A DNA stretch of 64,000 nt from an uncultured delta proteobacterium. Its GTDB lineage: Bacteria; Desulfobacterota; Syntrophobacteria; BM002. Positions 31,423 to 41,825 of this stretch are shown here, piece after piece. Both the position numbers and the translations under genes were made by a program. The first letter of the stretch is position 1; the number at the start of each line of letters is the position of its first letter. The notes under the pieces were generated by a model. That model did not search any database and was not told the origin of the DNA. It saw nothing but the letters and a program-made list of their open reading frames with translations. The DNA lies in assembly GCA_963712115.1 (NCBI GenBank), contig CAVQGX010000038.1, positions 17,350-81,349 on the forward strand. Direction: 5' to 3'.

Positions 31423-34400
31423 ATGAAAAAAGACGGGGCTTTAAACCTGCTTCGGTTCACGGGCCGCTTGGCCCTCTTCGCCATAGCCGCATCATTCATC
31501 TTGCCAGTGGCCGGTGCCGCTGCCCAGAGTAATAGTGTCCCAAGCACTGAACTCTACTTCGTCCCAAATGTGGTGGCTCAGTTTCAAGCGCTGTCGGAGC
31601 GAGGGGATGCCCTTGGTTTAGGCATCGGTGACTCGCCGGATCCTTCGGTGTCAAATCACTATCAAGGTATCGCTCGCTCCCATGGTCCCGGAAGACCGTA
31701 TTTCTTTATTACACGCAATGACCATGACACCGCGGCAAATCTCCTCGTCGTTTCCATGGAATCCCGGCCTACGAATGGGGAGCGCCTTCGCTCAAACCGC
31801 TTACAGCGCGGCAAGGACACTGATGATAGTCCTCCTCCTTCGGAGGACAAGGTTACCGCCTGGTATCCGTTTTACACACCGTTCGACGGATGGCCGAACT
31901 ACAAGCATGCGGGGGGCATGCAACTTTTAGGAGATGTCCTCGCAGTGCCCCTAGAAGATCCCTTTCTTCCAGAGACTCGGCAGAAGCTTATCGTATTTTT
32001 CGATGTGTCAGATCCTCTAAATCCACAAATTATCAACGAGTTATCTATTGATGGCTATCCTGGCGGCCTTACCGGGTTGGTAGCATTCACAAAAACTCGG
32101 GACGACAAATACCTCTTGCTGGTTACGGGTGGCGATAACGACATCCTTTGGCTCTTTTATTCGACCTCGCTGGATTTCGCCGATCAGAACTTCCAATGGA
32201 TTCCTCTTGACGTATGGATTGTAAATGACGATGAACAATACCTGGGTTTTAATCACAAATGGCCGTCCGATATGTGCTCACCCGGAGACTTATTGGATTG
32301 CGACCATCCACATCAAACCCTCAATTTTGTGCGTGAGGGAAACCTTGACGGAGACCTCTATCTAATCGGGACAAGAAACAAAGGAGGGGGGGCCGGCGGC
32401 TGCAGGGATTGACGAGGACTACTTCGACCTTTACAAGGTCGAGTGGTGCAACAGTAGATCGATCTGTTTGTCGGGCCGACCCTGAAGAACGGCTACCTTC
32501 AGTTCACGCTGCGGTTTAGAATGACCAAGGACATTGTCGCCAAATCGAAATCTGATGGAGATGACATTACAAATTTCGCTGCATCTGGCGGGGTATACGT
32601 CAGCCCGACTGGAGAACTCATTATCTACGGCACCGAACATGACAACGATGGCCCAAAAGATGAAACCGGCAAAGGAACAATCAAGGCCGGCGAATGGCGC
32701 CACCGCGATGTCAATTACACCGGCACCTGCACCCGGGGTACGGGATGGGCAGAGTTGTATGACGATAATGATTTTAAGGGCCGAAGCATTGTGTTTGATT
32801 GGCCGGACCGAAGCATTGTAAACGAGGACTTCGATAACCTGGATAATCATGACGGTTTCGGTAACAAAACGAACTCGTTGAGATGGTGCGCCCCTCTGGA
32901 TTGTAATATCATAGTTTATGCAGAACCTGCCTATAATAGTCCTATCTATACTCTCCAGGGAACCGGCGTCGCATCAGGGTGGCCATCATTTTGTAACGGT
33001 TGCATCAAATCGATACAGTTCGATCCATACTCAATATGTGAAAACTCTGTTCCATTCGCAGAAGCCGGCCCAGATCAAACTGTCTCCGCAGGCCCAAATT
33101 GTACGGCTACTGTAGCCCTTGATGGTTCCGCCTCGTCTGACCCTAATGGAGATCCACTGACTTATATGTGGACCTGGGATGGCAACACGGCTACAGGAGT
33201 AAGCCCAACCATTCTATTGCCATTGGGCACTACCACCATCACCCTTGTGGTCAACGACGGATTTCAAGATTCCGAGCCCGACTACGTTACCATAACCGTT
33301 GCCGATGATACCCCACCAGGGATGTGCCTTTCAGCTAATCCACAAACTCTCTGGCCACCGAACCACAAAATGGTACCTGTAACCATCGCTGTCTCTGCAT
33401 CCGACAACTACGATCCAGCGCCCAGTTGTAAGATCATTTCAGTGGCAAGCAATGAGCCGGTGAACGGTACGGGTGATGGTAACACGGCACCAGATTGGGT
33501 AATTACATGGGGACTTGACAGTTGATCTCAGAGCTGAACGCTCAGGTAATGGTAATGGCCGTGTGTATACCATCGATGTGGAGTGCACTGATGCCTCCGA
33601 TAATAGTTCAGAAGACACTGTGGAGGTTCACGTACCTCATGATCAAGGCGACCGACCTGATATTAACGACGACGATGGCGACGGTCACTCGGAAAACCAG
33701 GGTGACTGCAACGACAATGACAAGACCATCTACCCTGGCGCGGAGGAAATCTGTGGCGATGGTATAGATCAAAATTGTAACGGAAGGGATTTACCGTGTG
33801 GTGATGACTCAGACGAAGACGGTATCCCGAACGACCAAGACAATTGCCCTGACTCTGACATGAGTGCGACGGTCGTAATTGACGGCTGTGATTCAGGGGT
33901 GAGCAATGCAGTCCTTTCGAAGGGCTGCACCATCTCCGATGAGATTGCGAGATGCGGAGCCGAGTCGAGAAACCACGGCCAGTATGTAAGCTGTGTATCC
34001 CATCTGACCAACGATCTGAAGCACGACGGCATTCTTACGGGTAGAGAAAAAGGTGCGATCCAAAGCTGTGTGGCGAGCGATGGCGATATAGACGGAGTGC
34101 CAGATCCAGTAGAGCACGGACCTCAAGGAAGCGATCCTAACTATGACGGCAACAAGGATGGCATGTCTGATTCTCAGCAAGGAAACGTAGCCTCATGCCA
34201 CACTCATGACCGAAAGCACTATGTGACAATGGCTTGTTCCGAGCCGATAACTGATGCTGCTGCAGTGGAAAAACCTGCGGCGGCTGTTTCTCCATCAAGC
34301 GTGGAGTTCCCATACGGATTCTTCGAGTTTGCTATACATGTCCTCAACCCTGGTGACACCACCAAGATGATCATATACCTCCCTGTTGATGCAAAGCCCA

Positions 34401-34967
34401 ACACTTACTACAAGTATGGACCAACTCCTGATGACCCCACTAATCACTGGTACGAGTTCATGTATGATGACCAAACACTAACAGGAGCTGAAATCAGTGG
34501 TAATGTCGTTACTTTGCACTTTGTCGATGGCCAACGGGGAGATGATGATCTCACCGCTAACGGCACCATTGTTGACCAGGGAGGGCCAGGAATTACCAGT
34601 AGCCAGCACAACTTCCTCTTCCAGTGGTGGCGGTGGGTGTTTTGTAGCCACAGCAGCTTACGGCTCACCCATGGAGCCAAAAGTAAAATTGTTGAGTGAC
34701 TTCCGTGACAGGTTCCTGCTCACCAACAAAATGGGTACGGCTTTGGTGAGCTTCTACTGCAAACACTCCCCGCTGTTGGTGAAGTTCGTTGCAGAGGACG
34801 GGAGCTTGCGGGCTCTGCTTCGCTGGGCTCTAATGCCGGTCGTGTGCCTGAGCTGGTTGGCTTTGAACATAGGTCTGATACCCACATTGGTACTCATACT
34901 CTTTTCTCTTGCTGCCATGTGCGCTGCAATGCCGCGGTTGTATCGGAAATGGCGTCTTTACGCCTAG
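31423..34967 (+). pseudogene. Large secreted surface protein (PKD-like, Asp-rich metal-binding repeats, CFI-box-CTERM-like tail) split by several frameshifts
   Basis: Four ORFs join after single-base corrections: AEAGPDQ..LDGSASSDP, LWPPNHKMV, DWVIT(G)DLTVDLRAERSG, DCNDND..IYPGAEEIC, LHFVDGQRGDDD, GGGGCFVATAAYGS...FRDRFL. Confidence 0.75.
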
Positions 34968-35034
34968 AATCTAAAAGACCTGGAGATTACGGAGGGTATT
35001 GAGTTCGCTGAGAACCAACTTATTTGCGATGTGA

Positions 35035-35318
35035 GACTTGGCATAGGGCAGAGAGCATGGGGCATGGAGTAAAGCGAGACGGGAGGTCGGGCGAGACGGG
35101 CGAGACGGGGCAGAAGACAGAGGACAGATTGCGGATTGCGGAAAGGCGCAGGGCACACGGCGCAAGGCGCAGGGCGATTTGGGTCAATTGGCTTCGCCGT
35201 CATTACGCTACGCTGTCATTTGTTGTAAGAGGAACAGTGCATAGCGCATAGCGTTTTGTTGATTAGTTGATTAGTGGCTTCGCAAGGTTATGGGTTGTGG
35301 GTCATTGGTAATTAGTTA
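35035..35318. repeat. Mosaic short tandem repeat array
   Basis: Near-identical to 20480-20582, then to 14575-14720. Confidence 0.85.
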
Positions 35319-35319
35319 A

Positions 35320-35889
35320 GGGTCATGACTAGAACAGCGGGTACTGTCTGCGCATTCTAAGTAGGATTGCGGAGAGATTTTCACCTCTATGGTTGAATCT
35401 AAACTCGCACTCCTTTAAGTGCAAATAAAAGGTGGATTTACTCATACCCCTGAACTTAGAGAGTCTGGTTTTTGAATAACCCCAAAAGCTTTCGATTCCG
35501 TTGATATGAGATTTGCCCTGAACGAACTGATCAGTGGCATGTTGAACCCGAAAATGTTTTTTGTAACCCAAGTCAACGAGGCCGTTGTAGCCACGCCAGT
35601 AATCGGAATGGATAACACTATCAGGACTCACACGGCCCCTGATAACCGCCTGAAGGGTCTTGCGTCTACAGTCAGGAACAATTTCCGTGTAGACTTTACC
35701 ATTTCGTTGGAAAATGCCAAATACAATGGTTTTACCACCCGCCCCGCGGCCTCTTCGGCCTTTGAAGCGGCGGGCACCGAAATAGGACTCGTCAACCTCA
35801 ACTACGCCAGAAAAGGGTGATTGTTCTTCACAATGCTGAGCAATCCTCTTTCGAATTTCATTGAGGTAACGGTTGGATTGAACAGTCTC
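35320..35889 (-). mobile_element. IS1595-family transposase remnant, 5' truncated
   Basis: Manual translation VEVDESYFG...GRGAGGKTIVFG...IHSD...HINGIESFW...LHLKECEFRFN; N-terminus missing. Confidence 0.85.
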
Positions 35890-36070
35890 TAATTAGATAA
35901 TTAGAGAATTAGTTAATTCGTTGAAGTCGTAGAAGTCGTTTACGGCGAGAAAGGCAATTGCAGACTGGGTGTCCTTTCTCGCATAGTGCCATTGCTTACC
36001 TTTTACCGTTCACCGCTTACCCTTCACTACTTACTGCTCACTGATTACTTCTCACCGTTTACCGTCACCA
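35890..36070. repeat. Mosaic short tandem repeat array
   Basis: AGAATTAG octamers, TCGTTGAAG nonamers, TTACCGT heptamers. Confidence 0.8.
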
Positions 36071-36368
36071 TTACCAACTGAATTCCAGCAGAAGTTTTAA
36101 ACGTAGGGATGATATGTGATGTTTCACGGCCATCGAGCTAAGATTACGGAAGCTTGAAATCGAAGACAAATCATTGACAAATGTTGGCAAGTGATGTATA
36201 AAAAACGCTAATTGAATGCTTTTCTCATTTAATAGGCAAATCTGTTGAGAAATCCTGACAGTTATCCAAGGCGGCACCTTCCCTAAGCACGAACCTATGC
36301 TCCACCCATAGTTGTCTTCGAGAGCTATCATAGAATTCGGCGCGCAAAATCTGACTTCAAGGAGAAGG

Positions 36369-37930
36369 ATGATGCGAGGTAAAGTTCTTACCGTAATGTG
36401 CGCAATATTACTGGTCGCCATGCCGATAACCTTACTCTTGGTGAGCTGCGGTGGCGGAGGCTCGGGAGGCTCCCAATCTACTACGGGTTCGTCGGGCTCT
36501 GGCTCAGTTGCTTTACTCCTAGCTGATGGCCCCGCAGACGACTACGATCAGATTTTCATAACCATAACTGAAGTGTCGCTCATACCCCAAGAAGGACGCG
36601 GCCGAAGCCCGGTTGTCATTTTCCGAAACTCGGCTGGAATCGAAGTTGATCTCCTCGATTTACGGGATGAAGACTATCTCCTAACAGTCAATAGGCGTGT
36701 CCCAGCTGGTGTTTACGAAAAAATTAGACTGCAGATCTCGGGAATCAGGCCTGCTGGAGGGCCTTGCGACAGTTTACGTCTTCCCAGTGGCAAAATTGAT
36801 CTCAATCCTCGTGGACTCATAGAGGTTGCCCTAATCGTACATTATCAATTCGTCTGGACGTGGACGCCAACAAATCAATTAACGTCTCGGCAAGTTGCAA
36901 TTTTCGGCCGGTCGTCTTTGTTGACATAGAACATGGCGCACCGGTCCAGGCCTGCCCTCGCATCCTCAGCGGGACCATATCTAGTATCGTCAAAAGAGGT
37001 GAAGTCATTGTAGGTTTTGACCTCGAGCTCGCAGGGCGGCGGGGTGAAATCGAAGTGCGGGTTACGGACGATACTGCTGTTTTTGACCAAAACGGAGAAT
37101 TTGGAGGTAGGGAGATTCTTAATAACCAAGAGAATGAGCAGGTAAAGGTAAGGGGACGACTGGATGACGATGGAAGATTGCAGGCATCTGTCGTAGTCCT
37201 GGGTCAGGTTCTGGAGGTTAAAGGCAAAGTCGACGGCCCGGTGGACGATGGTACGGACCTGTTTCCCTTTTCGCCGTTTTCAGGGGAGGAACTCGTTGGC
37301 CCTCACGATGTAGAGGTTGTAAATGAGACGCTCGTTCTCATTGGCTGTGACACTGAGGTCGGAAAGGAAGCCATCCAGGCTGGAATGACCGCCAGAGTAA
37401 TCGGCAAGTTGGTAAGAATAGATAATACGGACGTTTTACGCTCGGTGGTAGTTTTTCTACAAGCTCGGGAGGTCTCGGGGCAAATCACCTTCATAGAGGA
37501 TGAAATTGACGGCAAGATAGTCACAGTGGAGCAGGAAACAGGCGTTGAGGTTGGAGTCTTCGTTCCTTCGGGTACGCCCATTAACATCGAGGGAGATGGT
37601 TCCGTACCGAAGGAACTTTTCTGTGAGGGACGACAAGTTCGCATATTACTCGATCCAGACACCCTGGACCCCATAACGGCTACCTTAGTTCTTGTGCAAG
37701 CAGAAGGTCGACAGGGAATGGTGGAAGCATTAGGCTATTATATGCTCATGGTAGATGGTGAGACTGTAAACGTTCAGCCGACCGCAACAATCCTGGATAC
37801 CAGCGGGACGGTTGACGCTTTGGTAAACTTTGACGAGATCGAACTAGGAGACCAACTGGAGTACTTTGGTCTAGAAGCCTGCCCAGGGGACATGGATTTT
37901 ACGGCCTTTGTAATTTTGATCACCAGCTAA
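36369..37930 (+). pseudogene. DUF4382/DUF5666-like lipoprotein split by one frameshift near 36830
   Basis: Lipobox LVSC+GGGG; LLLADGP, VDLLDL, PAGVYEKIRL, SGKIDLNP, continuing in another frame as IRLDVDANKSI...FRPVVFV and beta-rich repeats. Confidence 0.7.
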
Positions 37931-37981
37931 TAGTGGTTCCCCGTTCAGACAGACTAACTTTTACTCATTGAAAAATTAACG

Positions 37982-38009
37982 GCAGGGTCATCATTGGCCC
38001 TGCTTTTTT
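37982..38009 (+). terminator. Rho-independent terminator
   Basis: GCAGGGTCA-TCAT-TGGCCCTGC + TTTTTT. Confidence 0.7.
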
Positions 38010-38083
38010 GTTTTGGAAACTGTTATCTAAAACCTTCACCTTGACCACTTTTACTAGGTTGGCACTTTCAATTCCTACTAATT

Positions 38084-38099
38084 TGGCATGAGTTTTGCT
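38084..38099 (+). promoter_or_regulatory. Orphaned sigma54 promoter
   Basis: TGGCATGAGTTTTGCT, followed about 95 nt later by the IS. Confidence 0.6.
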
Positions 38100-38282
38100 C
38101 TTTGAATTTAGTTAAAGAGCCAAAGAATTTGATACAATTTTTATCGTAAAAACAAAGAGTTATTTACATGTTAACAAATCTCGCAGTGGCGGGTGCAGCG
38201 TTTCAGAGGAAAGTGGACAGATTCAGGGGATGAAATAAGAGACGGTTTTAGGTAATAACATCTGCTGTGAGAGGAGTAAGAA

Positions 38283-38636
38283 ATGAAACCTAAAACCAAC
38301 CAGAGCCCTGAATCTGTTGTTCGTGAGATCAAGCGAAAAACCCGCCGAAAATTCAACTCAGAAGAAAAAATCAGAATCATTCTGGAAGGCCTAAAGGGTG
38401 AAGAGAGCATTGCCAACATCTGCCGCAGAGAAGGCATTGCCCCCAGTATGTACTATGCGTGGAGCAAAGCGTTTCTGGAGGCAGGCAAGCAGCGTTTGCA
38501 GGGCGATACTCTCCGAGAGGCCAGTAGCAGCGAGGTGGCTGAGCTTCGCAAAGAGAACGAGCAGCTCAAGCAGCTTGTAGCCGAATTGAGTTTGCGCAAC
38601 CGGGTGCTGAAAAAAAGTCTGAGTGGTCTGGATTGA
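38283..38636 (+). CDS. IS3-family transposase OrfA
   Basis: RRKFNSEEKIRII HTH, leucine zipper; AAAAAAAG slippery site near 38609. Confidence 0.92.
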   Translation: MKPKTNQSPESVVREIKRKTRRKFNSEEKIRIILEGLKGEESIANICRREGIAPSMYYAWSKAFLEAGKQRLQGDTLREASSSEVAELRKENEQLKQLVAELSLRNRVLKKSLSGLD

Positions 38637-39634
38637 AGTGGAGGCGCTACATGCGCTACAGCCAATCAGAAAAGATGGAAATCATCCGGTTGGTAGAGCA
38701 ATCACCGCTCAGTGTAAAGCAGACGCTTGTCGAGTTCAACATCAACCGGAGCACGTTTTACAAATGGTATCGCAGGTACCAGGAGGGAGGTTACCAGGCA
38801 CTGGCGAACCGCTACCGACCTCCGAAGCAGTTCTGGAACCAGATACCGCCGTGGGAGCGACTGCGTGTGGTTGAGATCGCTCTTGAGCACCCTGAGAAGT
38901 CACCGCGTGAGCTGGCTTGGTACATCACCGACAAACAAGGTTTTTATATCTCGGAGTCATCGGTATACCGGATCCTAAAAGCCCATGATCTGGTAACCAG
39001 CCCAGTCTATACAGTTATAACGGCACAGGATAAGTTCCCGCATCCGAGCAAAGAGCCAAATGAACTGTGGCAGACGGACTTTACCTGGTTCAAAGTAGTG
39101 CACTGGGGCTGGTACTATCTGTGCAACATTCTGGATGATTATTCACGATATATTCTTGCCTGGCAATTATGTACCGGTATGTCCGCCGAGGAGGTGAAAC
39201 AAACGATTGAGGCGGCCATCGGTTTCACCGGTACTAGGAATCCAACCGTATGGCATCGCCCCCGGCTACTTTCGGATAATGGCCCCTGCTATGTTTCCAA
39301 AGCTCTAAGAGAATATCTCGAAGCAGAAGGGATCCACCATATTCGTGGCAAGCCGTATCACCCGATGACACAGGGGAAGATTGAGCGATACCACCGTTCG
39401 ATGAAAAACCTGTTGTTGCTTGAGCATTACCACAGCCCCTTGGAACTCGAAAATCAAATCGGGAGGTTTGTCGACTACTACAACAACTATCGATACCATG
39501 AAGCGCTGAACAATGTAACACCGGCTGATGTTTACTATCGCAGAGAGCGGGAGATACTGACTAGGCGTGAGCAGATTAAGAAAAACACTATGTGGTTACG
39601 TAGAAGACATAATTGCTCTTTGAGGATTGCATGA
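38633..39634 (+). CDS. IS3-family transposase OrfB (rve integrase core)
   Basis: WQTDFT, DDYSR, SDNG, GKIERYHRSMK. Confidence 0.92.
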   Translation: MKWRRYMRYSQSEKMEIIRLVEQSPLSVKQTLVEFNINRSTFYKWYRRYQEGGYQALANRYRPPKQFWNQIPPWERLRVVEIALEHPEKSPRELAWYITDKQGFYISESSVYRILKAHDLVTSPVYTVITAQDKFPHPSKEPNELWQTDFTWFKVVHWGWYYLCNILDDYSRYILAWQLCTGMSAEEVKQTIEAAIGFTGTRNPTVWHRPRLLSDNGPCYVSKALREYLEAEGIHHIRGKPYHPMTQGKIERYHRSMKNLLLLEHYHSPLELENQIGRFVDYYNNYRYHEALNNVTPADVYYRREREILTRREQIKKNTMWLRRRHNCSLRIA

Positions 39635-39717
39635 ACACTTAAAAAAGGATATACGGAAGACAGAAACCCTCTCTTAATTTCATACCTGATTTGTCCACAA
39701 CCCTTTGAAGACCTACA

Positions 39718-40348
39718 ACCTCAGGTTGCTCGAAAGTGTACGGGCAACCATCATCAACACTCTGTCTCCCACATTGTGCCCATAGGTATCGTTGACGATT
39801 TTGAAGTTGTCTATATCTAGAAAAAGTACCCCACATGGCCAGCCGTATCGTTGCATCTCATCTATTCTAGAATGCAGCTTCATGTCGATGCAGCGTCTGT
39901 TCGCCAATCCAGTTAGCTGGTCTACCAGGGACTCCTTCTGGAGTTCGTCAATTCTATGAAGAAGTGCAGCCTTTGAAGAGTTGTCGCTGAAGGTCTCAAC
40001 AGCGCCTACTATGTTGCCCCTGGCATCTCGCAGGGGAGACACACGAATTAAAACTGGCAAGCGGTGGCCGTCCTTGTGTTGCAGGTAGGCCTCTGTCTCC
40101 CGCACACGGCCATCCATGAGAGTCTGGGCCAGGGGACACCCTGTTTTACAGAGATTCATACCTTTGTCGTCGATATGCACGAGCAGATTGTCCGAGCAGC
40201 TTATGCCTACCGCTTCAGAACCCTCATAGCCGGTAATCCTTTCTGCACCTTTGTTCCAGTAGGTTATCCTTTTGTTCACGTCAACAAAATAGACACCGTC
40301 GTGGAGGCTATCGAGGATACCTCTGAAGAAACTGTCCTTTGTGCTCAT
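39718..40348 (-). pseudogene. PAS-GGDEF diguanylate cyclase truncated by the IS
   Basis: PAS domain, DQLTGLANRR, DIDNFKIVNDTYGHNVGD; breaks at IS end before the GGDEF motif. Confidence 0.85.
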
Positions 40349-40434
40349 TACCCTACCCTATCCCAAAAAATGTTCATCGTTTCCCGAACAGTTCGGGATA
40401 GGATTTAATTAGCAAGAAAAATGCCTATTCCTGT

Positions 40435-40775
40435 GAGATGTGCGATTTGGCATAGGGCATAGGGCATGGGGCATAGCGGTTGGAGGAGCGCTTCGCTTGA
40501 GGTTGAAGGCCAATTCAGCTGGCAGGAGGCAGTTGGCAGCTCGCGCTTCGAGTCACTTGCCTTTGGCGTCATTAGGTCAATACGCTTCGCTGTCATTTGT
40601 TGTAAGAGGTAAGGAGTGAGAAGTCAGGAGTTAGAATCCAGAATTCAGGAGAAAAACAATCAAAATTTAGTTCCTTTCAACAATTCCTACTGACTACTGC
40701 ATACTGGATACTTGATATTCTGATTGCGATTGGAGACAGGCAAACCTGACAAAACTGGCGAAACCGGCTAAACAC
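40435..40775. repeat. Mosaic short tandem repeat array
   Basis: GGCATAG, GGTTGGA, GGCAG, GTCATT core, AGTCAGG ... CTACTG, AAACTGGCG modules. Confidence 0.85.
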
Positions 40776-40782
40776 CTGATGT

Positions 40783-41352
40783 TTATATCCTCCGGCGATA
40801 GCTCACGAAGTTGTGCATCTCGTCCATTACCGCTGCGTAATCCTCTTTGATTGCCTCGTGCATCCTGGCATTTTCAATGGCAAGGGCTCCCACCTCTGCC
40901 AGAGCTTCGGCAAAATTCATCTCAGGTTCCGGGAATTCACGAGGCTCCCCTGTATACAATCGCAGCACCCCGATCACCCGCTCCCTGCAGGAGAGCGGCA
41001 CGGAGACAATACTGGCAATTCCCTCTTGGACAGCCTCTTTGGGATACTGGATCCTGGGGTCGTCACTAGCCTTATAAACGTTGACAGTTTTTCCATCCAT
41101 AGCATCGGCAATACTTTTATCTGCGTCCAAGGGACCCTTGTTGATATAGCTCTCACTCAATCCGTGGGAGGCGAGCAGCTCCAGTGTTCTTTTCTTGCCG
41201 TGCAGCATGCATATGGCGCACGCCTTCAGATCCATGACCTCAGCTACATTGCTGACCAGCAGATCCAAAACTTGTCGGCGGTCGAGTGTTGAATTGACCG
41301 CCTTGACCACCTCTTTAAACGAATCAAAATATATTTTATCTCGGCTCTTCAT
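40783..41352 (-). CDS. Stand-alone GAF domain protein
   Basis: ASHGLSESY, DDPRIQY, SIVSVPL, IGVLRLYT, ALAIENARM. Confidence 0.88.
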   Translation of the reverse strand: MKSRDKIYFDSFKEVVKAVNSTLDRRQVLDLLVSNVAEVMDLKACAICMLHGKKRTLELLASHGLSESYINKGPLDADKSIADAMDGKTVNVYKASDDPRIQYPKEAVQEGIASIVSVPLSCRERVIGVLRLYTGEPREFPEPEMNFAEALAEVGALAIENARMHEAIKEDYAAVMDEMHNFVSYRRRI

Positions 41353-41825
41353 AACACACCTCTTTGGTTCATGGCCAAGCCCGCTCTGGTTTTCACTGCT
41401 GCCTTTTCATGGCGGTCCTTTTCTTGAATTGAGTTACCTTTCCTTGGAGCCTGACCACTCTTTGCGGGAAAACAGGAGAGTTAAAGCATCTGTGGGGTAC
41501 CATACAGGGAAGAACAGTAACAGGATACGGGCCGGAATTTGCCGCAGATTTTCGAGGACGACGTTTAAGTGTGAGGAAAGGCAGGTTTGGCGGTTGAAGA
41601 GATTCTCATTCCTTTCGAACAAGATCATCCGAACGCTTTACCGTAGACTCCCAACAGAACAAATCTAGTCCTGTTGGGAGCGAATTATGCACAATTTGAG
41701 GTTCATTAAAAACCCGGATATTCAGTATATATTGGGGTATTAGACAATTGGACAGCTTATATAGTGGTAGCTTAAGTCACAGATTGTAAGGCTGTCAATA
41801 AAAAAAAATTACCATTTTGCCCGTT

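Larger units (their letters stand above)
38194..39717 (+). mobile_element. IS3-family insertion sequence
   Basis: TG...CA ends; imperfect IRs TGCAGCGTTTCAGAGGAAAGTGGACAGATTCAGG / TGTAGGTCTTCAAAGGGTTGTGGACAAATCAGG; no target duplication visible. Confidence 0.9.

Noticed and set aside
32410-32412. TGA as selenocysteine readthrough
   Set aside because: A TAG follows in the same frame; compensating frameshifts explain the break better
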